From a virus (lineage: Duplodnaviria; Caudoviricetes): a DNA stretch of 64,000 nt. Both the position numbers and the translations under genes were made by a program. The notes below the pieces were generated by a model. That model worked only from the letters and a program-made list of their open reading frames with translations. It was not told the DNA's origin and searched no databases. The stretch is taken from positions 32,001-96,000 of IMG/VR virus record IMGVR_UViG_3300020120_000082, one strand, 5' to 3'. The stretch's first letter is position 1. Every line of letters starts with the position of its first letter. Of this stretch, positions 10,796 through 20,118 are shown in pieces.

Positions 10796-12832
10796 ATGAC
10801 AACCGCGACGTTGGGACAAGATGTGGCCGGAGACAATCAACCGATTGGGAGTATGAATTACCCCGGCTGGTCGGCATCCGGTTTCAAGTTTGGCTGGGTG
10901 CAATTTGTACGTGGAATTAGGGTGATCAAAGATGCTATGGCTCATCTCCAGGGCATGCAGTCCAATGGATATCATGCGGCTGGGTATATCAATATCAGCC
11001 ACGGTGACACTGCTGGCCAGATGCGAACATTCCTGAGCCTGGCACCAGCCACGGATTGGCCCGATATGCTGGACGTGGAAGAAAGCACACTAACCGAGCA
11101 GGATGTTCGCGCTGCCTGTGACGAACACGATCTTAGTGGGCGCGACCTGGTGATTTATACCGGGTACTTTGCCTGGTTGGCGATTGTCCCGTTAGCAGCG
11201 CGGGCTCGCTACAAGAAATACAAAGTCGTGATCGGCGCTTATCCCAACGACACCCCACCGGGACAGACTATCCCAATGGATCCAACCAGCATCGCCAAGC
11301 GCAGCACACCACCTGCGGTTTTCAAGCCGCCTGTCCCATCGCCCTGGACGATTGACGATGTGCTCAGTCATCAGTACACCGGACAGGGAAGCCTGATGGG
11401 CAACAATGGCAAGCTATACAGTTTCCTGGATCTGCACCTGCTCAACCCGAATATCCAACTAGGAGATCCTATGGCATCGACCAATCTTGGATGTCTTTTG
11501 TTTGGCCATACCCAGGGCAATAGCTCCATCATATCCATCTATCAAGATATCCAGGCCAGGGCCAAAGCGCAGGGCAAGGTGGCTCGACTGAAGTTCATTA
11601 TCTCGGATGAAGATGGCGGCAAGATGTTGGACGCTGCCAATCTTAGTGTCGAGACAAGGATCAATCGCAAGCATCTTCCTGAAACGGGACCTAATCACTG
11701 GATGGAAGCTGGCGGAGATGCCGATGTACCACTGACAGATCAGCAGAAACAGGACTTCATCAACACGGCCAAAGCTTTGCCTTATAAAGCCAGCCCGGAC
11801 GAATTCAAGATGACCACTCATTTCCAGGTGACCGGAAATGAGTGGGAGCGCAACACGCCGCAGCAATGGCTGGACTATCTGGACCTGATCCAGCAAGTCA
11901 TCATTCAGGGCAAGCAGCTTGGCATTCACGACAAGGCTATGCTCATGGGCGTTCCAGACTCAGTTGCCGCCACGCTTGGTCCAGTGCATTACGCGATCCC
12001 GGTGTTCAATGCTGGATCACCGCACACCTGGGAGATGTACGAGGCGATCGCCGCCCATCCGATCTGGCCTATGGCTCAGGCTGAAGGTCACCTGCTGTTC
12101 TGCCACGAGGGCATTGCTTTCGACCAGCCATTTGATACCGGCGAAAACCAGCCAGTTGAACCAGGAAAGCCCATGGCACCCGGAGCCGGAACTGTCAATT
12201 TCCGAATCTTCAATCTGCTGTGGCTGTTGTGGCAGAGGGGGATTCGCGTCAAGTGGGGTGTGGGTGAATGGTACGACGGGCGTAAGCCCAGAGGCAGTGA
12301 TGTTGCGACTCGGGTGGCCAACATGATCCGGCACGACACGCTGCTGTCGCAGAGTCCATTCTCAGCGGATTGCGTCGGCTATGGACAGTTTCAGTTCGAC
12401 GACAACCCGAACAGCCCCTGGTATCCGCAGGACTGCACTGTTTTGTGGCAAACTGATGCCTGGCAACAACACGTTATTGATGTTAGCGAGAGGGTCAATG
12501 GAGGATCCGCCATGCCGTATTACACTGATCAGCAAGTCACGCAGATGAAAACAGCTTTCAACACCGCTATCGCTTCTGGAAACCAGGGCCTGGCCATTCT
12601 GGGGCAGGGGCATATCTGGAAAGCCGGAGATATTGCCCTGGCGAATGTCAATCCGCTGGTGACATTCAATGCGCCCAATGGGACAGTCCACGATCTCAGA
12701 CCACCGACTCCGCCTGGTGGTCCGATGATTACTTATGATCTGACAGTTCTGGCTGTCAGCCCAGATGGATTGTGGCTCCAGGTGGCCACAAACCCGCTCT
12801 GGGTGCGCACCGTGGATGTCAAGCCGAAATAA
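10796..12832 (+). CDS. Multi-domain endolysin: N-terminal GH25 muramidase-like domain, middle unknown/GH-like domain, C-terminal SH3-like region
   Basis: GH25 hallmarks GQDVA, LDVEE (DxE), VIYTG, HQYTGQG, LDL; follows the tail genes. Confidence 0.7.
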   Translation: MTTATLGQDVAGDNQPIGSMNYPGWSASGFKFGWVQFVRGIRVIKDAMAHLQGMQSNGYHAAGYINISHGDTAGQMRTFLSLAPATDWPDMLDVEESTLTEQDVRAACDEHDLSGRDLVIYTGYFAWLAIVPLAARARYKKYKVVIGAYPNDTPPGQTIPMDPTSIAKRSTPPAVFKPPVPSPWTIDDVLSHQYTGQGSLMGNNGKLYSFLDLHLLNPNIQLGDPMASTNLGCLLFGHTQGNSSIISIYQDIQARAKAQGKVARLKFIISDEDGGKMLDAANLSVETRINRKHLPETGPNHWMEAGGDADVPLTDQQKQDFINTAKALPYKASPDEFKMTTHFQVTGNEWERNTPQQWLDYLDLIQQVIIQGKQLGIHDKAMLMGVPDSVAATLGPVHYAIPVFNAGSPHTWEMYEAIAAHPIWPMAQAEGHLLFCHEGIAFDQPFDTGENQPVEPGKPMAPGAGTVNFRIFNLLWLLWQRGIRVKWGVGEWYDGRKPRGSDVATRVANMIRHDTLLSQSPFSADCVGYGQFQFDDNPNSPWYPQDCTVLWQTDAWQQHVIDVSERVNGGSAMPYYTDQQVTQMKTAFNTAIASGNQGLAILGQGHIWKAGDIALANVNPLVTFNAPNGTVHDLRPPTPPGGPMITYDLTVLAVSPDGLWLQVATNPLWVRTVDVKPK

Positions 12833-12871
12833 GCATTATAATCAGCCCAACCCACCATAGGAGATTAGGCC

Positions 12872-13114
12872 ATGAATTACGATTTACGTTTGCAGAGTGT
12901 CAGCCAGGAGTACAACCAGCTTTTAGCTCAGCTTCAACAGCCCCTGTCTCGTCTCAGCTTTCTTCAGGGACAGATTGACATCTTGATGAGCATGCGAGCC
13001 GAAGACGAAGCGGCCAAGAAAGCTGCTGCGTCTGTCCCGGAGCCAGCCAAGTTCGGGGCCGTTCCCGAGCCAACTGAAACGGAAGCTCCGCCTGCACCAG
13101 CACCGCAAGTGTAA
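12872..13114 (+). CDS. Small coiled-coil hypothetical protein
   Basis: AGGAG RBS; last gene before the terminator. Confidence 0.6.
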   Translation: MNYDLRLQSVSQEYNQLLAQLQQPLSRLSFLQGQIDILMSMRAEDEAAKKAAASVPEPAKFGAVPEPTETEAPPAPAPQV

Positions 13115-13118
13115 GCTT

Positions 13119-13158
13119 AAACAAAAAGAGCCTGCTGAATAGCAGGCTCTTTTTGTTT
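13119..13158. terminator. Bidirectional intrinsic terminator between convergent operons
   Basis: Perfect inverted repeat AAACAAAAAGAGCCTGCT-gaat-AGCAGGCTCTTTTTGTTT with U-tracts on both strands. Confidence 0.92.
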
Positions 13159-13175
13159 TCCGTGTTTCAGATTTC

Positions 13176-14867
13176 TTATTCCGTCTCCAACCACTTCTCG
13201 GCTGGGCTTAGCGGTCTCAGCAAAAGCACCAGGTTGTCCACCCAGCCATCAGGCGTACAGGTGACGATCGTTGTCCAGTTGTCCAGGAGATCGGACATGA
13301 TCCGATCGTTCTTGTCGGTCACGATCATAACTTGCGCGACCACATAGGGCGCATTGTCAATCAGCAGGCGATCGCCAGGTTTAGACTGATACAAAATCGG
13401 AGCGAACGATTGATGGATGCCAAAATCGTTGTCACTGACGGCTCCAGCCACACTCAAAACGTGATGGAACGTTCCATCAGACCAGACTGAGCCATTGGCG
13501 ATCGAGATATTCAATCCGAGTGACGGATAGACGATCTGGCCGACAGGCACAGCATAACCATCCGCGGCAGTGCCTTCGTCCTTCACCCTTACAGATGGCG
13601 TGGCAATTGGCGTCAGATCAACGCAGGGACCGAACGTCCCCAGGCCAATTGAGCCAGATCGGCCCTGGTTATCCGTCCAGTCGGCGGTAGCGGTGCCGGA
13701 AGTCGACAGGATCTCATTCCAGCCTACTCCAACCGTCTGAAAAACGCCAATATTACCGCGCCAGATCTCGGATCCATTCAAGTACAGGATCACCGAGATA
13801 CCAACGTTGGCATTGTTGGTGATGATCGCCCCATCGCAGCTTGAAACGCCAGTCGGCGGTGTAAACGTGTGATTGACCGGCGTTTCGGTAGGTGTAACCG
13901 TCCCGGTTGGCGTTGGAACGACGGTTGTCGTCGGCGTTCCAGTTTCAGTCGGCAGCGGCGTATTGGTGGGCGTCACCGAAGCAATTGGCGTGCTGGTTGG
14001 GCTGGCCAGGGGCGTTTGGGTGGCTGTGGACGTGTTTTCAACCTGGGTTTGGCTGGCTTCAGGCGTCCTGGTTGCAGTTTGGGTGCTGGACGGCAAAAAC
14101 GTGGGCGTTTCGCTGGCCAGAGCCGTTTCTGTGGCAGTGGACGTATCGGAAGGCGTCTCCGTGTTCCCAGGCGTGTTCGTGGCCGATGGGGTAGCAGAAA
14201 TCACGGGATTTTCGGTGGTTGTTGGCGTTCCAGACGGCTCATTTGTTCTAGTCTCGGTCGCCGTGGGCTCCTGGGTGTGCGTTTGGGTAGGAGTGGCACT
14301 GGGAGCGGCTGTATTGGTCTCACTGGGGGCCAAAGTCGGGGTATTGCTAGGAATTTGGCTAGGAGTGGGCGTTGCGCTCGGAGTTTGGCTGGGAGCAACC
14401 GTATTGCTGGGCGTTTGGCTTGGATTTTGGGTATTGGTCCCGGTAGAAGTTGGAGCAGACGTCCCAGTTGGGGTGCTGGTGGCATCTGAGCCGCAATTCA
14501 GGCTGGGACTCTTGGTGTGCAGCGTATCCCCGCCGTCTTTGTCGAAAGCATCGACCCGGTAGTGCGGTCCACCGCCCCACTGTGATAAATCCAGGCTGTA
14601 GTTGTAGGGGCTGCTGGCTCCAGCCGGAACATCGGTAAAAATCAGCGGGTCTGATTGGACAAAACCGTTGCCCTGCCCCAGGTGTTGATCGAACAGCCGC
14701 AGTTCGAAACCCACGTTGTTGCCGTGAAACGTGACGGTGCCAGTCCCGTCACAATTAGCGGTGATGCTGTCAATCACCAGATCCCACTGGGGTAGGGCAG
14801 GGGGCTGACCGAGAAATGCAGACAGGGCTAAGATAACCCCTAGCGCCCAATATATGATACGTTGCAT
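13176..14867 (-). CDS. Exported Thr/Pro/Ser-rich protein with C-terminal sortase-like domain
   Basis: Signal peptide, ~200-aa TP/SPT stalk, C-terminal GIH..FAPILYQSKPGDRL...TIVTCTP sortase signature; AGGAG RBS. Confidence 0.7.
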   Translation of the reverse strand: MQRIIYWALGVILALSAFLGQPPALPQWDLVIDSITANCDGTGTVTFHGNNVGFELRLFDQHLGQGNGFVQSDPLIFTDVPAGASSPYNYSLDLSQWGGGPHYRVDAFDKDGGDTLHTKSPSLNCGSDATSTPTGTSAPTSTGTNTQNPSQTPSNTVAPSQTPSATPTPSQIPSNTPTLAPSETNTAAPSATPTQTHTQEPTATETRTNEPSGTPTTTENPVISATPSATNTPGNTETPSDTSTATETALASETPTFLPSSTQTATRTPEASQTQVENTSTATQTPLASPTSTPIASVTPTNTPLPTETGTPTTTVVPTPTGTVTPTETPVNHTFTPPTGVSSCDGAIITNNANVGISVILYLNGSEIWRGNIGVFQTVGVGWNEILSTSGTATADWTDNQGRSGSIGLGTFGPCVDLTPIATPSVRVKDEGTAADGYAVPVGQIVYPSLGLNISIANGSVWSDGTFHHVLSVAGAVSDNDFGIHQSFAPILYQSKPGDRLLIDNAPYVVAQVMIVTDKNDRIMSDLLDNWTTIVTCTPDGWVDNLVLLLRPLSPAEKWLETE

Positions 14868-14904
14868 GCCTATTCTCCTGAGCTAAATCACAAAAGCATG
14901 CAGA

Positions 14905-14920
14905 ATTCCAGATCTGGAAT
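14905..14920. repeat. 16-bp palindrome ATTCCAGATCTGGAAT, copy 1 (intergenic)
   Basis: Exact match; upstream of the sortase gene. Confidence 0.95.
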
Positions 14921-14941
14921 CCTGCTTAGGGTAAAACTGAT

Positions 14942-15277
14942 CTACTGCGGATCTTCGCCACGGGTGACAACCGTGCCATCTCCGTGTACGGCCACGACTT
15001 TTCCAGGTACACCCGGAACGGTGTCACCAATCGCAGGTTTCTTCGGACCAGCCTGTAAGCCTGGGGAAGCCAGCTTTTGATCGACGACTCCAATGCGGTT
15101 GTTTAGCCTGCCTTCAAGACTCTTCAGTTCTCCCCACAAATCCTTCTTCAGATTGGCCAGTTCTGCTTTCAAGGCGGCAACTTCATCTGTCAATGACGAC
15201 TTCTCTGGTACGACATTCTCTTCAACGGGTGTTTCGGTTGCGTCAGATGTAGCATCTTTCTTGGTTTGGGGTGGCAT
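14942..15277 (-). CDS. Hypothetical coiled-coil protein
   Basis: GGAG RBS, tiles with neighbours. Confidence 0.7.
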   Translation of the reverse strand: MPPQTKKDATSDATETPVEENVVPEKSSLTDEVAALKAELANLKKDLWGELKSLEGRLNNRIGVVDQKLASPGLQAGPKKPAIGDTVPGVPGKVVAVHGDGTVVTRGEDPQ

Positions 15278-15288
15278 ATTTGATCTCC

Positions 15289-15678
15289 TCAGAGTTTCTT
15301 ATCGCCGTGACGATAAGGGCGAGTAACGTTGTATTCCATTTTCGCGGAAATGGCATGCTGCAAGTTTATTCCGTAATGCCCAGCCGTATCCAGGATGCGA
15401 ATAATGCAGTCGGCCAGTTCTACGGGGATCCCTTCCGGCTTTCCATCTAGGCCAAAGTAGATTTCGTTGTAGCCATGGCCATTGCGATACTCTTCCAGGG
15501 CTTCCGAAATCTCCGAGTGGAACATGGCGATCTGTTCACCAAAACTCTTCTCCTTTCCCTTTTCCCACCAACCCTTGCCAATTGCCCATTCGTTGACGGC
15601 ATGTGACAGGGAATTGATGGTGCGGCTCGAATCGAAACGTTCTACCCAGAGCTTCTCTTCTTGAACGACGTCAGACAT
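15289..15678 (-). CDS. MazG-like / all-alpha NTP pyrophosphohydrolase
   Basis: HSEISEALEEYR...GIPVELADCIIRILD...AKMEYN motifs; start placed at MSDVV (TAATG overlap). Confidence 0.8.
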   Translation of the reverse strand: MSDVVQEEKLWVERFDSSRTINSLSHAVNEWAIGKGWWEKGKEKSFGEQIAMFHSEISEALEEYRNGHGYNEIYFGLDGKPEGIPVELADCIIRILDTAGHYGINLQHAISAKMEYNVTRPYRHGDKKL

Positions 15679-17048
15679 TAGTTTAGATCTCCCAGACTGC
15701 CGAATGGTCCATCCGAGCAATGATTGGAACTCAGTTTGAACTGCGATTGGACTGGCGTCATGCCAAAATCTGTAGCCATGGGAATTCCCAGTCCGCTGTT
15801 ATTTGAAACACTCTGCGTCAATGGCCCATCGGCCACAACATGGCCGTAAGCATCCGTGGTAAACATCGTTTGCTCGCTGCTGGCGTTGTACCAATAAACC
15901 GGGCCGACATAGGCTTCGCGTTTACAGCCTTTCCACGGACCAAGGCCAAAGACCTTGTTCTGCGCGGCGTAGTTTTTTGTCAGATACAACGGATGCACAC
16001 CGGGAACATCCAGCGGATTGAACAGGCTGATTGGATCAAACACAGCCGGTGATCCCAGCGCTGTCACGATTGTCCCATTAGCTCCAATGACACTGAATTG
16101 CATCGACCAGATCTCATAGTCGGATGGCGGCTGGCACAGATCTGCCCCTGGCACAGCCATGGCTGTTTTCGAAGCTCTGGGATTGGCGCAGATATTGGCC
16201 ACACCGCCCGCATCAGCCAGCCCCTGCACATGCACAAAATGCCCATCCGGGGCAACCACATCCAGGATCATCGAGTGGTACTGGGTATAGAAACGAGCCG
16301 CGCCAGACGTGCCCATGTGAACCACCAGCCGATTGCTGGTTAGCGCCGTGCGGCCATCGTTATTGATCACGCCAGCGTTTTGGACAAAGACCTTGAAACC
16401 TTCGTGTGGTTCATTGAAGCCCGCCAGTTGCCCGATGCGCTCGAAAGCGGGCGGAGTGTTATTGGCCAAACTGGTGCGGTAATCATCGCCATGCTCGTGA
16501 GCGAAAGTACAGGTTGGGCCATTTGGATTACTGATGTCGATCGGCACAACCTGCGGATGCCAGGTGCGATAAGTAATGCCATTGACCTGAACCACATAGC
16601 GATCGTGAATGGCCGCGGTACAAGTTCCCAATAGCAGCGGATTTACCGGCTGCATGCCCTGGACAGGCGTTGCTGGTATAGCCGTAACCGCCAGAGTCGC
16701 GCTGGGAATTGGCGTTGAAGTGGGTGCGCTCGTCGAGGCGGAAGTCGACGTAGCCGTTGTGGTGGCTGTCCCGGTTGGCGTTGGCGTGCCAGTTGGTGTG
16801 GCTGTGTCAGTCGGCGTGGGCGTTGCTGTTGGCGTATCTGTAAACGCCGGAGTGTCCGTAATGGAGTGCGAGGTGCATTCCAGGATGACACCCGATTGGG
16901 ATGGACCAACTGTAACGCAAGCTGTGACTTGCTGCGTTGGTTGAATAGCCTGGGCCAGCCTAAGCCAGGGCACAGATACTTGCCCAGTGCAAGCTCCTAC
17001 AAGACCAATGATGATAATAAGCACTGATCTAAATAGTCTGAGTTTCAT
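15678..17048 (-). CDS. Putative lipoprotein with Thr/Pro linker and His-rich C-terminal domain
   Basis: Signal peptide with lipobox-like VGAC; PT repeats; TWHP, HEHGDD, EPHEGFK motifs; GGAGG RBS. Confidence 0.7.
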   Translation of the reverse strand: MKLRLFRSVLIIIIGLVGACTGQVSVPWLRLAQAIQPTQQVTACVTVGPSQSGVILECTSHSITDTPAFTDTPTATPTPTDTATPTGTPTPTGTATTTATSTSASTSAPTSTPIPSATLAVTAIPATPVQGMQPVNPLLLGTCTAAIHDRYVVQVNGITYRTWHPQVVPIDISNPNGPTCTFAHEHGDDYRTSLANNTPPAFERIGQLAGFNEPHEGFKVFVQNAGVINNDGRTALTSNRLVVHMGTSGAARFYTQYHSMILDVVAPDGHFVHVQGLADAGGVANICANPRASKTAMAVPGADLCQPPSDYEIWSMQFSVIGANGTIVTALGSPAVFDPISLFNPLDVPGVHPLYLTKNYAAQNKVFGLGPWKGCKREAYVGPVYWYNASSEQTMFTTDAYGHVVADGPLTQSVSNNSGLGIPMATDFGMTPVQSQFKLSSNHCSDGPFGSLGDLN

Positions 17049-17057
17049 AGCGCCTCC

Positions 17058-17996
17058 TTATTTGAATATCTTGTGGTGCGCATCGCGAAGCTCTTCTGGG
17101 TATATGGTAGCGTAAATTCTAGTGACATCACCACTTTTATGACCGAGAAGATCCTGGGCTAGGGCAACATTGCCGGTTTCACGCAAGATTCTGATCGCGA
17201 AATCATGCCGGAAACTATGGGGCGTGAAACCGTGTGGAGATACGCCAGCTAACCTGCAAGCTTCCAGGACGACGTTGTAAATGCTCTGGTCGCCCAGAGC
17301 AGTGCTAGATATTTTTCCACCCCTACGATGCTGACAAAATACAGGGTCGTTGCTTTTTACAACACCACGCTCGGAGAAATACATTCGAATTAGATCCGCT
17401 GCCTCTTGGCTGAAAAACACGGGACGGCGTTCACTATTTTTTCCGATAACGGTTCCGCTTTTTTCATCCAGATCTATGCTGTTTACTTTCAACCGAGCAA
17501 GCTCAAAGCGACGGCAACCAGAAGAATACAGAAAAGCAATGATGGCCCGATCCCGAACCAATGGCAACTGGCGTGAAGCAAGATGGACTTTATCAGCATC
17601 GCCCTTCGCAGGGATACGCGGAATATAATCTCCACGCTTGCTTTGAAGCAGGGCAGGCGCTTGTTTGAGACGCAATTGGTCAGCTTGATCAGGCTGCAAA
17701 TGACGATGCATGATCAGCCAGTCTACGAAATGCTTGACTGCTGATATGTAGACAGTGGTGGTTTGTTTGGCGTATTCGCGCTTGGCAAGCCAGGTATAGT
17801 AGCGAATAAATACGTCGACAGATACCTGCTCCGTGGTTTCTATTTTTTCTTGACGCAAGAAATCACGGAACCTTCCCAGGCCATTGTGATAAGAACGGGT
17901 TGTATTGCGAGGCTTTACCAGAGAAATTTCCTTGAGACAGGTTTCTATAGCAACATTGATGTCCATGGAAGCTATTTTATCACATAGCTTTACCAT
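17058..17996 (-). CDS. Tyrosine recombinase (XerC/D-like integrase)
   Basis: RDRAII..LYSSGCRRFEL, GKNS.RR, TPHSFRHDFA, LLGH, TRIYA catalytic motifs plus N-terminal SAM-like domain. Confidence 0.93.
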   Translation of the reverse strand: MVKLCDKIASMDINVAIETCLKEISLVKPRNTTRSYHNGLGRFRDFLRQEKIETTEQVSVDVFIRYYTWLAKREYAKQTTTVYISAVKHFVDWLIMHRHLQPDQADQLRLKQAPALLQSKRGDYIPRIPAKGDADKVHLASRQLPLVRDRAIIAFLYSSGCRRFELARLKVNSIDLDEKSGTVIGKNSERRPVFFSQEAADLIRMYFSERGVVKSNDPVFCQHRRGGKISSTALGDQSIYNVVLEACRLAGVSPHGFTPHSFRHDFAIRILRETGNVALAQDLLGHKSGDVTRIYATIYPEELRDAHHKIFK

Positions 17997-18028
17997 TTAC
18001 AAATTATCACTAATAGATAATTCAACTA

Positions 18029-18226
18029 CTATCGCCTGTTTTTAGTCACCAATGAACCGCCAACCAGAAAGTGCCCCAAGATTCCAAAGGCGATTCCAGC
18101 AACAAAACCACCAGCCAGGTGAATATTAAGTCCGACTAAGCTTTCAACAATCACTATAGCGATTGCTGCACCTATCTGAAAAGTCATGAATAACCAAAAT
18201 CTGCGCCAATCTATTTTTATGTGCAT
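18029..18226 (-). CDS. Small two-TM membrane protein
   Basis: Two hydrophobic segments; tiles with neighbours. Confidence 0.55.
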   Translation of the reverse strand: MHIKIDWRRFWLFMTFQIGAAIAIVIVESLVGLNIHLAGGFVAGIAFGILGHFLVGGSLVTKNRR

Positions 18227-18562
18227 CTATTGTACCCTTATCAACGATTGTACTCTGTTTTTCTTGCGCTCTTCAATCCAGCAGGTATCGACATATGTAA
18301 CCGGGAAAGCTCCTGGCCCAGGTTCGACTGGGCATTGCGCCCACATCTGGCCTTCGTCATCCCAGGGTGTCAGGCGCATATACCAGTGCTCGGCGCGTAA
18401 GCCAGAGTAATTCAGTAAACAATCTCGCTCAAAGTAGAAATGCTCCCACAGCGCTGCCCAGAATTCGGCTGGCTGATGATGTCCGCGGCTGTAGTAAGCC
18501 ATTGGCGGACCACTACTTTCTAATTCATATATCGGCACAATTTCAAGCGAGTATTGTTTCAT
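18227..18562 (-). CDS. Hypothetical protein
   Basis: Abutting minus-strand ORF. Confidence 0.6.
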   Translation of the reverse strand: MKQYSLEIVPIYELESSGPPMAYYSRGHHQPAEFWAALWEHFYFERDCLLNYSGLRAEHWYMRLTPWDDEGQMWAQCPVEPGPGAFPVTYVDTCWIEERKKNRVQSLIRVQ

Positions 18563-18937
18563 TTAGGCACCCAATGGCCATTTCTCAGCTATCTCTTGGA
18601 TCTCTTTCTCGACCAAACCGGCCTGGTGATGCAAATCGTTCAGTCTGTTGTGAAGTTCTTTGGCCTTGTAATGCCAGGCGTCTTTCTCGCTTTGAAAAAC
18701 GAGATCCAGCGAATAATCCATAACAGACTGTCTTGTATTTCCACTTCCATAGTCCATGGTGTGTGTTACTTCGACCGAGAACCACTGATCTTCATCTACA
18801 TTTCCAGTGAACCCAGTAATAATTCCCTGGCGCGGATTGCCGTAGATAGTCCAGACTCTATCCCCAACTCCAACCCACATACCTGGCTTGATCTCATACT
18901 TTATTGGTGGCATTGTCATTTCTAAATCCCGCCCCAC
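18563..18937 (-). CDS. Hypothetical protein
   Basis: Abutting minus-strand ORF; start may be ~18919. Confidence 0.6.
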   Translation of the reverse strand: MGRDLEMTMPPIKYEIKPGMWVGVGDRVWTIYGNPRQGIITGFTGNVDEDQWFSVEVTHTMDYGSGNTRQSVMDYSLDLVFQSEKDAWHYKAKELHNRLNDLHHQAGLVEKEIQEIAEKWPLGA

Positions 18938-19239
18938 TCTTTGATCTTCCTGGACCTGGCTTGACCGATTTCTTTCCTGGCTCTTCGAGCGGATATTCCA
19001 AACTGCTCCCTGATTTTTCTCACAACCTGATCGACCTTGATGACATTCCCCAGGCCGTTGACATCAACCAGGCTGTCCATGCTCTTGTCAATTCCAATCT
19101 GTAACTTGATGCATTCGTCGCACTTTGTTTCATGCCAGTAGCTAGTGTCTTTATTGTACTGTCGACCATTCTCATCGTGCGTCAGGCCACATAGAGTCCT
19201 GTAGCCCGTTGGCGTTTCCGTTGGCTTGAAGATCGGCAT
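18922..19239 (-). CDS. Hypothetical protein (Cys/His-containing)
   Basis: Tiling ORF. Confidence 0.6.
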   Translation of the reverse strand: MPIFKPTETPTGYRTLCGLTHDENGRQYNKDTSYWHETKCDECIKLQIGIDKSMDSLVDVNGLGNVIKVDQVVRKIREQFGISARRARKEIGQARSRKIKEWGGI

Positions 19240-19240
19240 A

Positions 19241-19657
19241 TTACTTTCTCTTCTTGGGATCAGCCAACATAGATTTCAATTGCTCCCCGTAAACGCTTTT
19301 GTGCAGTGAGTTCTTTTCGACCTGGGATTGTAGATAATCGATGTATTTCTGGCTTGGCCCAACTCTCCCTGGCTCTTTCAATCGATACAACCAGGCCGGA
19401 ACCATGTACGTTCTCAGTTCGGTGGTGTAACCACGATGGCATTTCGGGCACCAGGTAATTGAATGGCCATTGGCCCACAATCTTTCTTCACAAGCGCAGG
19501 TAATGTCTACCGTATCATCCTGGGATCCGGCATAACCAGGCCAGTTCTCTGTCTTGAAAATCCTGGCGATCAGTCGATACCACCACTTAGTCCCGCCAGA
19601 CAAACCTGGACGATAAAGAGACGTGCTTTCTTCGTTCATCAGTCTAATAGACCCCAT
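19241..19657 (-). CDS. Hypothetical Zn-ribbon protein
   Basis: CxC...CPKC motif; tiling; start probably 19639. Confidence 0.55.
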   Translation of the reverse strand: MGSIRLMNEESTSLYRPGLSGGTKWWYRLIARIFKTENWPGYAGSQDDTVDITCACEERLWANGHSITWCPKCHRGYTTELRTYMVPAWLYRLKEPGRVGPSQKYIDYLQSQVEKNSLHKSVYGEQLKSMLADPKKRK

Positions 19658-19857
19658 TCCGGGCTACGTCGATCGCAATGCCCGCAGCCCATATCCGAGA
19701 AATCAAAAATGTTTTTGTCGCACCAGGGACAAAAGTCTTCGTCAGGCTCTTCTTCGTCCCAGTTCATTTCATCATCCCAGTCGTCATCATGGATTAGATC
19801 TGGATAAAGTTCTTCCGGCAACAATCCCATCCCGTCGTCATCCGATCCGTTTGACAT
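19639..19857 (-). CDS. Small acidic Cys-rich protein
   Basis: CPWC..CGHC; AGGAG RBS. Confidence 0.6.
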   Translation of the reverse strand: MSNGSDDDGMGLLPEELYPDLIHDDDWDDEMNWDEEEPDEDFCPWCDKNIFDFSDMGCGHCDRRSPEWGLLD

Positions 19858-20118
19858 AGTTACTCCTGAATGGGGACAATTGGTTACCAGCTTCTACCCT
19901 TTGGCCCAGATGGCTTTTTGAAAGACTCGATCTCGGCTGCGCAGATCTGCGCTTCCAACGCAAGATCTTTGTGAATAGGGAATTCTTTCATCTTTTTATA
20001 GTGCATCTTTTCGCGCCTGTTACATACACCAGTTGACAGGATAATGGCGGTGTTGAAACCGGCTCGATAAGCGAGTTCTAGATCCGCAGCGCGTGTTTCG
20101 CGAGAGATATTGGCCATG

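Noticed and set aside
13869-14562. Long plus-strand Val/Gly-rich ORFs (also 16609..16944)
   Set aside because: Antisense shadows of the Thr/Pro-rich repeats in the minus-strand genes.
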